A stretch of 64,000 nt of DNA, from positions 27,596-91,595 of IMG/VR virus record IMGVR_UViG_3300044259_000036. One strand, 5' to 3'. The notes under the pieces were generated by a model, which saw nothing but the letters and a program-made list of their open reading frames with translations, was not told the DNA's origin and did not search any database. The DNA comes from a virus (taxonomy: Duplodnaviria > Caudoviricetes). This document shows, one piece after another, positions 20,037-28,695 of the stretch (its first letter is position 1; each line of letters opens with the position of its first letter). The position numbers were made by a program, and so were the translations under genes.

Positions 20037-23000
20037 TCAGTCAACAACATCGAGTTCAACCTCCTCGTCTTCGTCCAGCTCAACCAGGGTGTATTTCGTG
20101 ATTGGATCGAACGGCTCAAGCATGTCCTCGTTCCAGATGTAGCCCGACTCCCACAGGGCCAGATCCACGTATTCCTGGACGTTCTTCGGGCTGATATCGC
20201 GGCCCAGTTCGTGTACCCGGCCCCAGTCGGCGCCGATGGAGAACTCCGGCACCTGGCGGACCACATGGTCAGGCGGCGTCGACTCTTCCATGTACTTGCC
20301 CATCTCTTGGCAGTAGGCGAGCACGTCGTCCTTGTGCACCCAGGACACGATTTCGTCGTATACCGGGGCGAAGAACTCCATGCGCAACCGGTCCAACATG
20401 TCCGACTCGGCCACCCGGGTGAGCACGATCCGCAGCATGTCGGCGCCGGTGCCCTGGATCTGGGCGTTGGTGCCTTGACGATGCTGCCGAGCGACCTTGC
20501 CGTTGTCCTTGTGGAAGATGTCGGCCGTGGCGTGACGCTTCGAGCCGTAGGCAGTCAGCGTGTAGCCATGGGTCTCCATGAACTTCGCCGACTCCTCCTG
20601 CCACGGCCGGATTCGCCAGTAGAGCTTCATGGTCTGCTCGAGGAGCTGCTTCGCTTCCTCCAGCGGGGCGATCAGGTTGCGGGACAGCGTGCCCGCGCCG
20701 GCGCCGTAGGCCATGCCGAAGTTGATCGTCTTGGCCTTGCCGCGGATCGCGATGCACAGCTTGTGCATCGGGTGATCCTCGCTGTCCTTGGCCAGACAGA
20801 ACTCCAGGTAGTCCATCTTCGCGATACCGGACCCGGTCATGCTGTGCAGGTCTTTCTCGTTCTCCGGGTCGTAAACGCTCAGCATCACCGGGTCTTTTGC
20901 GAGGTTCGCCATGATGCGAATCTCTTGACCGTTGAAGTCGATCGCCACGCACAGGTAGTCGCGGTTCGGCGGCACGTAGATCGAACGCATCGCCTTGCCT
21001 GCACCTTTCTTCGGCACCTGCAGGATGTTCGGCGCCGAGCCGGTTGGACGGCCGGTGTCGGTACCGTAGTCGGTGATGTACGGGTGAACCCGGCCATCGC
21101 GGTGACGCCAGAGCGGGTACTTGTCGTGGTACAGGCTGCAGCGGGTGGTAGCGGTCTTGACCTTACGCAGGACATCCAGGGCGTCACGCTGCCACTGGAG
21201 CTTCACGTCGTTCGCGATCGCCGTCAGGATCGCCTGCTCGTCGGTGGACGGGCCAGCTTCCTGAATGCCCACAGCCAGGCGACCTTTGCCTGCCTGCTTG
21301 CCCCGCAGCTTGACCGGCACGCCGATCTTGCAATACAGCAGCTGTTGCATCTGCGCCGGGCTGCCCACGTTCAGTGGGTCGCCGAAGGTCACGATGCGAG
21401 GCTCGACGCCGGCAGCGCGCTGCACGATGTCAGCCATGACTTCCATGTGGGACTCGGCTGCCAACAGGGCCTGTTCCGCGGCGTTGCCGCCGTCCTCGGT
21501 CTTCTTCCGCAGATCGCCCATCTTCAGGCAACCCAGGTTTATGGCCTTGGCCAGCAGCTTCACCATGGCTACCTGATCGGCGTTCAGCTCCCAGTTTTCC
21601 TCATAGCCTACGGCGCCGGCCGCTTCCAACCACTGGTTGAACGCCTTCTGCGACAGGCTCTCGAACTCGGGCAGGCCCAGGTTCTTCATCGCCGGGTTCA
21701 GCTGGGTCGGAGTGAAGGCGAAGGTCGGCATGATCTTCTCCTCCCGATACGGCGTGTATTGGCAGGATGCCTCCAGCTTCTTACGCCATTCGACCAGCTT
21801 CTGCGTCGCGACCTCGGTGTTGCCGTCGGCCTTCTTCTTGGCGGAGCGGAAGATGTAGTCCTTCTCCGCCTCGATCAAGGACAGGCAGCCCTCGGTGATG
21901 TTGCCGGTGACGTTCTCCAGCAGGATCTGGCGCAGCTCGACCATGCCTTCCTCAATGGTCTTGAGGTCGGCGGCGTGCAGGCGTTTCTGCTGCGCCCAGT
22001 TCATGTTGACGCCGCAGATGTAGGAGCGCTGCAGGACTTCGGTCGGCCGCACTGCCCAGCGGCTGTAAAAGTCCCACTGCCCGTCCAGCTTCAGCAGCAG
22101 CTCAAGCAGGTCGTGCAGGTGACCTGTGACCAGGGAGTCATCGGTACCGTAGGTGAACGTCTCGTCGGCGGTCAGCTCGCACATCATGTTGACGCCCAGG
22201 CCACCGTTGCCAGCTGCCAGGGTGTCTTCAAACGAGGCCTGCTCATAGCCGAGGTAGTTCAGCGACAGGAACTTCAGGCCGGCCGGCGTGTTCTCGTCGT
22301 AGAAGCGCTGCATCATCCGGGTGTCGTGGACGTTCTTTAGCCGCTTGCCCAGGTTGGTCTGCGTCACCACGCCTTCAAAGTGGGCGTTGTGGGCGATCAA
22401 CTGGGTATGCTTCTCGGCGTGCTCCAGGATCTCCAGCACCACCAGCTTGTTGACGTTGGCCGAGTCCTTGTGGTCTACGGGAACGTAGATCACGTTCTCC
22501 ATGTGCCGCCCGAACTGGAACGAGGCGCCGGCCAGCTCCTGGCTGAGGGCATCGACGAAGCTGTTACCACTGGCCGAGGCCATGCGGAACCCGGGGATTG
22601 GGTCCTTGTCGCTGGACTCGTAGTCGAACGCGGTCTTGTCGCCTGCCTCGATCTCCGCAAAGATCGCTGCCTTCATGTCGGCCCAGTTGTTTGCGTCGAC
22701 CATCAGCGGCGCCGGCAGGACTGGCTCAAAGTGCGACCACAGGTCCAGCGCGCCGATATCGGCCAGCAGGTCGTACAGCCGCTGCGGGTTGGGCACGCGC
22801 TTGTCGATGGTCAACTTGGTCAGCTTACGCTGCCGCGGCTTCCAGCACAGCTCGGGCTTGAGGTTGGCCAGCTTCCAGCCAGTGCGCCACTCACCGAAGG
22901 ACTCGCGCAGCTTGATCAGGATCTTGTTGCCCGTCTCCTCGATCGCCGCGTCCAGCTCGGTAGTGTTGCCGCTGGCCACGATAGCTTGCAGCTCCAAGAG

Positions 23001-23675
23001 GCCATCGTCGCCGAAAGCCTCGCGAAGATCGCGTATCTTCTTCGGACCGAGGCCTTTCACGCCGCCGTAGTTGTCCGAAGGGTCGCCGACGATCGACTTG
23101 GCGAAGCTGGTCAGGTAGTACGGCAAGCCCGCCAGGTCGTGAGTGTCGTCGTAGGTGCCGTCGGCGCCGAAGTGCGGGGCGCCCTTCAGGTAGACGATGG
23201 TGTCGTCATCGACCAGCTGCAGCATGTCCTGGTCGACGGTGTGGATGTTCATCGGCCCTTTCACCATCTGGCGAATCCAGGCCATCAGGTCATCCGCTTC
23301 CACGCCTTTGACCGCCAGCTGCGTGACGCCCAGGTTGCGTAGGAACTTCTTCGCCCAGTCCATCATGAAGCCGTACTGCTCGATCTCGACCGGCGACTTG
23401 TTCTCGTCCTTCTTCGACTTCTGGCCCTTGTAATCAGGGTAGATGCCGGTGCGGTAGTCACGACCGAAGTCGTGGGCAACGATCATTTCCCGCGGCGAAC
23501 CACCGCCGTCGAGGACCGGGATGACGTAGCGGGTCAGGAAGTCCGCTGCACCAGTCTGCCAGGTGGCGAACCGGCGGTCCGTCTTCTCGCAGTGGATGCC
23601 CTCGTCCTTCGAGGCGCCGTAGTAGGCGTGCTTGGCGCACGCCCGAAAGTCCATCACGTTGTAGGGAAGTTTCAC
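20037..23675 (-). CDS. polA: Family A DNA polymerase with 5'-3' and 3'-5' exonuclease domains
   Basis: 5'-exo (YPDYKG, EADD, GDPSDNYGGVKGLGPK); 3'-exo (FDYES, HNAHFE, YGTDD); motif A DFNGQEIR, motif B RGKAKTINFGMAYG, motif C VYDE. Confidence 0.95.
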   Translation of the reverse strand: MKLPYNVMDFRACAKHAYYGASKDEGIHCEKTDRRFATWQTGAADFLTRYVIPVLDGGGSPREMIVAHDFGRDYRTGIYPDYKGQKSKKDENKSPVEIEQYGFMMDWAKKFLRNLGVTQLAVKGVEADDLMAWIRQMVKGPMNIHTVDQDMLQLVDDDTIVYLKGAPHFGADGTYDDTHDLAGLPYYLTSFAKSIVGDPSDNYGGVKGLGPKKIRDLREAFGDDGLLELQAIVASGNTTELDAAIEETGNKILIKLRESFGEWRTGWKLANLKPELCWKPRQRKLTKLTIDKRVPNPQRLYDLLADIGALDLWSHFEPVLPAPLMVDANNWADMKAAIFAEIEAGDKTAFDYESSDKDPIPGFRMASASGNSFVDALSQELAGASFQFGRHMENVIYVPVDHKDSANVNKLVVLEILEHAEKHTQLIAHNAHFEGVVTQTNLGKRLKNVHDTRMMQRFYDENTPAGLKFLSLNYLGYEQASFEDTLAAGNGGLGVNMMCELTADETFTYGTDDSLVTGHLHDLLELLLKLDGQWDFYSRWAVRPTEVLQRSYICGVNMNWAQQKRLHAADLKTIEEGMVELRQILLENVTGNITEGCLSLIEAEKDYIFRSAKKKADGNTEVATQKLVEWRKKLEASCQYTPYREEKIMPTFAFTPTQLNPAMKNLGLPEFESLSQKAFNQWLEAAGAVGYEENWELNADQVAMVKLLAKAINLGCLKMGDLRKKTEDGGNAAEQALLAAESHMEVMADIVQRAAGVEPRIVTFGDPLNVGSPAQMQQLLYCKIGVPVKLRGKQAGKGRLAVGIQEAGPSTDEQAILTAIANDVKLQWQRDALDVLRKVKTATTRCSLYHDKYPLWRHRDGRVHPYITDYGTDTGRPTGSAPNILQVPKKGAGKAMRSIYVPPNRDYLCVAIDFNGQEIRIMANLAKDPVMLSVYDPENEKDLHSMTGSGIAKMDYLEFCLAKDSEDHPMHKLCIAIRGKAKTINFGMAYGAGAGTLSRNLIAPLEEAKQLLEQTMKLYWRIRPWQEESAKFMETHGYTLTAYGSKRHATADIFHKDNGKVARQHRQGTNAQIQGTGADMLRIVLTRVAESDMLDRLRMEFFAPVYDEIVSWVHKDDVLAYCQEMGKYMEESTPPDHVVRQVPEFSIGADWGRVHELGRDISPKNVQEYVDLALWESGYIWNEDMLEPFDPITKYTLVELDEDEEVELDVVD

Positions 23676-23911
23676 GGCTTCTCCTTGCCCACTTGGGCCT
23701 GCTGGAGTCGCGCCGCTGCCAGGGCGCAGGCAGTCGAGCTGCCTGAACCACCGGTGCTGAAGGCACAGTCAGCGGCAATGGGGTCGGCCCCATCGCGGAT
23801 GGCTTGGGCCGTCAGGTTGTTACTGTGAACGGTGCAGGAGACCGGGACGCCCACAACGATGGCTGCGAGTGCCAGGGCGCCCAGCCAGTGCACGATTACT
23901 TCAGCGTCCAT
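23672..23911 (-). CDS. Small membrane protein
   Basis: N-terminal TM segment, GADPIAADCA; coupled to neighbours. Confidence 0.65.
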   Translation of the reverse strand: MDAEVIVHWLGALALAAIVVGVPVSCTVHSNNLTAQAIRDGADPIAADCAFSTGGSGSSTACALAAARLQQAQVGKEKP

Positions 23912-24645
23912 TACTCACCCCGCGTCAGGGCAGCCCAGCTCACCGGGAACAGCGGCTCGATGATCTTGCCGACCTGGTCGAACAGCTCACGCACTTCCTG
24001 CTGGGCGTGGGTGTCGGAACGAGCGTTGAAGGCCATGGCGTAGGCATACAGGCTGCCGGTCCAGACCCAGTGCACTTCCACGCCTTGGGCCAGCACGAAG
24101 CGCGCTTGTTCAGGGCACACGCCGTCCTTCAGCATCGAGAGGTAGATGCGGATGCCGTTCTGGACGTGCTGGGTGTAGGTGAACTTCCAGTATTCGCTCT
24201 GGTGGTGCTTGCCTGCGCTACCCTGCTTGACGTCCTCGGCCGCGGCGCGGAACTCCTCGGGAACGTAGAACACCGGCTCTGAGGTGATGTAGCGGCGGCT
24301 TTCCTCGGACTCGACGTAGCCGATCTTGTGCTTGAAACACTGGGTGCGGATCGGTACAGGTGCTTCCATGCGGATGGAGATGTGGGGGTGGCCGAACGGT
24401 ACCCAGTGGGTCGGAATCTTGCGCAGATGCACAGCGAGATGGTGTGCCAGCTCGCGGGTCTCCAGCTCGACCATGCTGTCCAGAATGCCGTTCCAGTCGC
24501 TGGTCTTAACGCCGCGAGCCAGGTAACGAATCAGGCTCGCGTTCTGGTCTTCGGTGTAGTTGGCAGCGAGGTCAGCGAACGAGTGACGTGCGAAGTTGGC
24601 CACGTCGTCGTCGGTCAAATAGTGGCTTTGGTAAACGGCTTTCAT
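23911..24645 (-). CDS. thyX: Flavin-dependent thymidylate synthase
   Basis: VANFARHSF, HWVPFGH, KHKIGYVESEESRRY, GVCPEQARFVL and HAQQEVR motifs. Confidence 0.92.
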   Translation of the reverse strand: MKAVYQSHYLTDDDVANFARHSFADLAANYTEDQNASLIRYLARGVKTSDWNGILDSMVELETRELAHHLAVHLRKIPTHWVPFGHPHISIRMEAPVPIRTQCFKHKIGYVESEESRRYITSEPVFYVPEEFRAAAEDVKQGSAGKHHQSEYWKFTYTQHVQNGIRIYLSMLKDGVCPEQARFVLAQGVEVHWVWTGSLYAYAMAFNARSDTHAQQEVRELFDQVGKIIEPLFPVSWAALTRGE

Positions 24646-24926
24646 GCGCGGATGATCTCCCCTTTCTCACCCCAAATAGGCTTCCCGCCTACGGCGACCA
24701 TGGCTGCGTTCATTTCAGCGCGGCTGAGCAGCTTGCCGCGGATGTGCGGGCTGTGGCTGCCAATGTCCTCGGGCATGCACAGGATCAGCGTGCCTTTCGA
24801 CAGCTGACCAGGTTGCCGGAGGGTGGCACCGTCGTCGTGGACGTGGGTACAGCCGAAGTGCGCCATCAGCTTGTGCTTGTGAGTGGTTTTGCCGGTGCCG
24901 GCAGGTGAAGCGAAAATGATTGGCAT
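24642..24926 (-). CDS. Small P-loop protein
   Basis: IIFASPAGTGKTT at the N-terminus of a 94-aa ORF. Confidence 0.6.
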   Translation of the reverse strand: MPIIFASPAGTGKTTHKHKLMAHFGCTHVHDDGATLRQPGQLSKGTLILCMPEDIGSHSPHIRGKLLSRAEMNAAMVAVGGKPIWGEKGEIIRA

Positions 24927-24943
24927 CGCCTAATCCTTGTTCT

Positions 24944-25600
24944 TTACATGTAGGTAACGTCGGCCAGCAGGACCTGGGGCGGCCCTCTGGTGCTCTTGGG
25001 TCTGTTCGAGCCGGGGTCCTCGCCGCCGACCGAGCCCACCTTGATGTCGTCGATGTAGATCGAGGTGCCGGAGACCCACATAGCCTCTTGGTAGAGGTCC
25101 CAAGGGGAGTGGGTGATGGGGCGTTTCTCAACCCACATGCGGGAGAACGACATGGCAGCGGCGTAGGACCGACCGTCTTGGGGGATGCTGAACGAGTTCG
25201 GGCCGGTCCCAGTCACCTGGAACACGTCCTTCAAGGTCAGGACCATGTAGGCGGCGTCGTAGGTCAGCTCGCCCGAGGCGTTGAACACCTGCATGCCAGA
25301 GTTACTGGCTGCAGGAGGCCCCTTGTCGAAGATGTAGAGCTTCACGTCCGCTTGGCTGTTGGCCCGCAGCGTGAATCGCCAGAGGTTGGTGCCGATGTAG
25401 ACCCTGCTGAGCACGACCACTCCGATGCCGTTGGTGTTGCCCAGGAACAGCATCGGGCTCACACCGTAGACGTCGTAGTAGGTTTTGTTGGGGTAGCCTG
25501 CAACAGTGATCACCGGGGCTGCCCGAAGGCCGACCGCCGAGTAGTTCTCGTCGAACTGGACCGTGCCCCAGTCGTTGATGCTTTGGAATCCTGTAGGCAT
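24944..25600 (-). CDS. Tail-tip accessory / putative receptor-binding protein
   Basis: MPTGFQSINDWGTVQFD and internal GMQVFNASGELTYD repeats, characteristic of the ~200-250 aa gene that follows J-like genes. Confidence 0.7.
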   Translation of the reverse strand: MPTGFQSINDWGTVQFDENYSAVGLRAAPVITVAGYPNKTYYDVYGVSPMLFLGNTNGIGVVVLSRVYIGTNLWRFTLRANSQADVKLYIFDKGPPAASNSGMQVFNASGELTYDAAYMVLTLKDVFQVTGTGPNSFSIPQDGRSYAAAMSFSRMWVEKRPITHSPWDLYQEAMWVSGTSIYIDDIKVGSVGGEDPGSNRPKSTRGPPQVLLADVTYM

Positions 25601-25602
25601 GG

Positions 25603-25890
25603 TCAGCGGAACCCGTAGGTGATGATCACTGGTTTGTTGGAAGTCCACTGCACGTTGCCGAACTCCCAGAAGAGGGTGTTACCCTCGAACCAGATGTCCG
25701 GCAGCAGGTGGTTCAGCTGCGGTTCCTCCACCGGGGTGGCGTAAGCCCAAGGCGTGCCTTTGGCTGTATCCGTCCAGACGCTACCGCTGCTGGTACCTGA
25801 GTCCACTGTCCCAACGAAGGTGCCGACCCTGGCACTGGTGTCTACGATCAGACGACCACTCGCATCCCATACTTGCAATCCGTTAGGCAT
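25603..25890 (-). CDS. Small tail-tip accessory protein
   Basis: MPNGLQVWDASGRLIVD...ITYG, the ~100-aa type that normally directly follows J. Confidence 0.72.
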   Translation of the reverse strand: MPNGLQVWDASGRLIVDTSARVGTFVGTVDSGTSSGSVWTDTAKGTPWAYATPVEEPQLNHLLPDIWFEGNTLFWEFGNVQWTSNKPVIITYGFR

Positions 25891-25902
25891 AGGCTCCCTA
25901 CC

Positions 25903-26127
25903 TTATTGCTCTGTGCGCAGCTCCGACTTAGGCGTCCAGCCGCTGTCCTTCTTCACCATGCAGCCCACGCCGATGGCGTACTTCACGGTGCGGTCGGTCT
26001 GGTAGCCGTACAGCTGACAGCTGCCGAGGTTCCAGGCGGCCTTCACGACCATAACCATGAGCACCAACAGCAGCAGGATCAGCCAGGTCAGCGTCTTGAC
26101 CGACAGACCTTTCTTCTCCGCGGCCAT
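25903..26127 (-). CDS. Small membrane protein with a two-Cys exported domain
   Basis: TM helix followed by CQLYG...KY...C..K...W. Confidence 0.7.
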   Translation of the reverse strand: MAAEKKGLSVKTLTWLILLLLVLMVMVVKAAWNLGSCQLYGYQTDRTVKYAIGVGCMVKKDSGWTPKSELRTEQ

Positions 26128-26582
26128 CAGGCTTCCACCTGCAGGTAGTCTTCGATGCGCAGACCGAACTCGCGGCCGATTTCGCGCAGGACTTCCATCT
26201 CGGCCTTCTCGATCGGCATTTCAGCCTGGGCCATGGCGATCATGTTCACGAACACTTCTTCAGCGTCCTGCTTGTTGTTCTTGATGTCGGCGATTTCGCG
26301 CTTGATGTGCACACGGCCCACGATGAAGTTGGCCTTCAGCTGCGCGCTGAAGCGGTTGATGGTCTGGCCGATCTCGCTGCCGAAGTGGGTCAGCGCCGGG
26401 TTGGAACGGATCAGCTCGTCCAGCTTCAGGATCTCGTTGTCCGAGATGTTGCCGTCGGCTGCGGCCACCAGCAGAGCACCACCCACGATGGCTTCCATCA
26501 GGTCCTTGTTTTCGACCTTCTTCATTTCAGCCAGGGCGTTGCCAGCTTTGCGACCGAACATCTTGCCGAGAGATTTCAACAT
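26127..26582 (-). CDS. terB: TerB-family protein (P1 TciA-like)
   Basis: EAIVGGALLVAAADGNISDNE...E.EVLREIGREFGL; aagga SD. Confidence 0.85.
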   Translation of the reverse strand: MLKSLGKMFGRKAGNALAEMKKVENKDLMEAIVGGALLVAAADGNISDNEILKLDELIRSNPALTHFGSEIGQTINRFSAQLKANFIVGRVHIKREIADIKNNKQDAEEVFVNMIAMAQAEMPIEKAEMEVLREIGREFGLRIEDYLQVEA

Positions 26583-26583
26583 T

Positions 26584-26675
26584 GCGTAAGTCCTTGTGTG
26601 CGTAGTTACTTGCTTGAGTAGGTACGCAGTTACGTAAGTACGCAACTGCGCAATTGCGTAGGTACGTGCTTACGG
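26584..26675. repeat. 4-bp phased repeat array upstream of terB
   Basis: gcgt aagt cctt gtgt gcgt agtt actt gctt gagt aggt acgc agtt acgt aagt acgc aact gcgc aatt gcgt aggt acgt gctt acgg (23 units). Confidence 0.85.
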
Positions 26676-26861
26676 AGTAACGATGATCCAACTATCGCCG
26701 GCTTTCGCCAAGCAGTAATTGGTTCGGCTGTCGAACTTGGTGGTCACGCTGTAGGCCTTGCCGTATGCCTCACAGCGGTCCATCCGCTCGTTGGTCTTTA
26801 CGACAGCCATCACGATCACAGCTGTAACCACCAGTCCGGCCAGCCAGTAGCCGATGCTCAC
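26670..26861 (-). CDS. Small membrane protein with a two-Cys exported domain
   Basis: TM helix followed by CEAYG...KF...C..K...W. Confidence 0.65.
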   Translation of the reverse strand: MSIGYWLAGLVVTAVIVMAVVKTNERMDRCEAYGKAYSVTTKFDSRTNYCLAKAGDSWIIVTP

Positions 26862-27484
26862 TGGCCTGGCTCCTTATCAGCGCGCTCCTGGGCTGCAGCG
26901 TCGCTGTAGCCTTTCGGGTAGCGCTTGCCGAGCAGCTTCACCATGTTGGCAAAGCCGGCGGTCTGCATGCTCAGGCCAACCGGGCCGAGCAGCCCCTGGA
27001 TGAAGAAGGAAGCGTCGCCGCCCTCCTCGAGGATGTTGTCGACGTCCAGCTGGCCACCGAAAACGTGGTCCAGCACAGCTGCCAGCATCTCGGCGCCTTC
27101 GCCTACCAGGCCGATGGCCATGTGCAGAAGGTGGGCCTTTTCAGGGGTCAAGGCAGCCAGCGACTGGTCCAGGCCTTGACTGGTTGGGAGGACGTAGCGC
27201 TCAGCTGGCTGCACGTCTTCCTTGTTGTAGATCGCGATGCGCTTGGCCTGGTCCAGGCCGTGGCCGGCGTTCACCATAAGCACGGCGGCGCGGGTCAGCG
27301 TCACGAACTTGTCGAAGGTCATCTTCTCGACAATGGCCTCGCCCGGCTTGGACAGCTCGCTGACCATCTGGGCGTAGGTGGTGCCCTTGATCTTCTCCTG
27401 TGCTTCCGGCGACACGCCGGCCAACAGGCTGTTGCAAAGATCCAGGTCCAAATTCTCGGGGTACTGCGGCTTCACTTGCGTCAT
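26858..27484 (-). CDS. MazG-like nucleotide pyrophosphohydrolase
   Basis: LHMAIGLVGEGAE, EEGGD and N..KL..RYP.GYS...A..RADK motifs. Confidence 0.75.
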   Translation of the reverse strand: MTQVKPQYPENLDLDLCNSLLAGVSPEAQEKIKGTTYAQMVSELSKPGEAIVEKMTFDKFVTLTRAAVLMVNAGHGLDQAKRIAIYNKEDVQPAERYVLPTSQGLDQSLAALTPEKAHLLHMAIGLVGEGAEMLAAVLDHVFGGQLDVDNILEEGGDASFFIQGLLGPVGLSMQTAGFANMVKLLGKRYPKGYSDAAAQERADKEPGQ

Positions 27485-27510
27485 GCAAATCTCGAATCAG
27501 TAGTGGAAGG

Positions 27511-27535
27511 AAAAGCCCGGCGATCGCCGGGCTTT
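27511..27535. terminator. Intrinsic terminator (probably bidirectional)
   Basis: aaaagcccggcg-at-cgccgggcttt. Confidence 0.75.
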
Positions 27536-27551
27536 AAGGGGAGCTGCCAGA

Positions 27552-28529
27552 TTAGGCGGCTGCGGCTTCACCGGCGGCTACGCGCAGGGCCTTGAACAGC
27601 CATGGGCGGAAGGCTTCATCGCCGGAACCGATCTTCTTGCCAACGCGGCATTCGATGATCAGGTTGTTCGCAGCGGCACGGAACAGCTGCTTACCGACTG
27701 CGAATGCGCCTGCCAGACGGTCACGGGAGGCCGGTGGAATGGACAGGGTCACGATCATGCCATCGTACTCGTCGTCACGATTCACCAGCATGGCCATGCC
27801 TTCGATGTAGCGCTTGATGTCGAGCGGCTTGCCGTCGACGCCGTAGCCGTCATCGCGCCATTCGGCCAGGGTTTCTTCAGCGCTCGAACCGTCGGCCTTG
27901 AACTTGCCTTCAGGATCGTAGCTGTAGTAGACCTCGGCACCGTTGCCGCTGTACTGACGGACGATGTACAGGTTGCGAGTGGACATGATCTGGACTTCGA
28001 TTTTGTCGCCCAGGTTCACGTCTTCGCTGCCCAGCTGGAAGTTCGCTTCGTGCAGCTTCACACGCTCGAACGACATGCCGGTGAGGGTCAGGCCCTCGAA
28101 GCCTTCCTCAGCCATGTCCTGGCTGAAGTTGGCCATCGCACCAGTGGTCTTGTGAGCCACGGCCACCTGGGTGGTCTGCTCGGCTGCCACATGGACCTGC
28201 TTCTGCTCTGCTACCACTTCAGGCTTTTCGGGCTCAGCCACGGCTGCAGTGTCAGCGGCGGCTGCGTCCGAAGCAGCTTCAACGGTAGCGGCTACATCGC
28301 CCTTTGCTTCCCCTTGCTCTGCAACAGTCTGGCTCGCGCCAGTCTGCGACTCGGCATCCTTGCCAGCGCCTTCCTTGGCGATAGCGTCCGTGCTTGCATC
28401 GTCCTTGACGACTTCAGTCTGCTGCACCACCGCGGTGGTGGTGACCTCGTTAACAGACTGTTCGGAGCCTGCGGCTGCGTTAGCGGCGGAGGCTTCGTTA
28501 TCAACTACATCTGGTTTGCGCAGTGCCAT
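27552..28529 (-). CDS. Hypothetical protein with acidic low-complexity N-terminus (possible ssDNA-binding protein)
   Basis: Own promoter and terminator, beta-rich C-terminal domain, located in the replication block. SSB function is only a guess. Confidence 0.6.
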   Translation of the reverse strand: MALRKPDVVDNEASAANAAAGSEQSVNEVTTTAVVQQTEVVKDDASTDAIAKEGAGKDAESQTGASQTVAEQGEAKGDVAATVEAASDAAAADTAAVAEPEKPEVVAEQKQVHVAAEQTTQVAVAHKTTGAMANFSQDMAEEGFEGLTLTGMSFERVKLHEANFQLGSEDVNLGDKIEVQIMSTRNLYIVRQYSGNGAEVYYSYDPEGKFKADGSSAEETLAEWRDDGYGVDGKPLDIKRYIEGMAMLVNRDDEYDGMIVTLSIPPASRDRLAGAFAVGKQLFRAAANNLIIECRVGKKIGSGDEAFRPWLFKALRVAAGEAAAA

Positions 28530-28572
28530 GGTCGTGTTCCTTTCGTCAATTTAAACATCATCGTTATCATCG

Positions 28573-28598
28573 GTTAATCCGCCATATGGCGAACTAAC
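28573..28598 (-). promoter_or_regulatory. 26-bp dyad motif copy 2
   Basis: gttaatccgccatatggcgaactaac. Confidence 0.6.
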
Positions 28599-28613
28599 TA
28601 GCGCAGCTGGTAT

Positions 28614-28643
28614 TTTATACAGCGCCGTCTGCACCGCTGTCAA
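28614..28643 (-). promoter_or_regulatory. Sigma70-like promoter
   Basis: On -: TTGACA-18 nt-TATAAA. Confidence 0.65.
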
Positions 28644-28695
28644 GACAGCCGCCATCCTCGAATTGCTTCGTGAATGGAGGCGGTCTCAGGTGGGG

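Noticed and set aside
21350-22050. Intein in the DNA polymerase
   Set aside because: The insertion lacks C/S...HN splice junctions and LAGLIDADG motifs.
24944-25890. Invertible tail cassette explaining the reversed tip genes
   Set aside because: No invertase or flanking inverted sites seen; the genes are co-oriented and tightly packed with their neighbours.
26583-26645. N-terminal extensions of TerB (MRTYVTAY...) and of the 41526 gene (MRTYA...)
   Set aside because: They are translations of the tetramer arrays; good SD sequences support the downstream ATGs.
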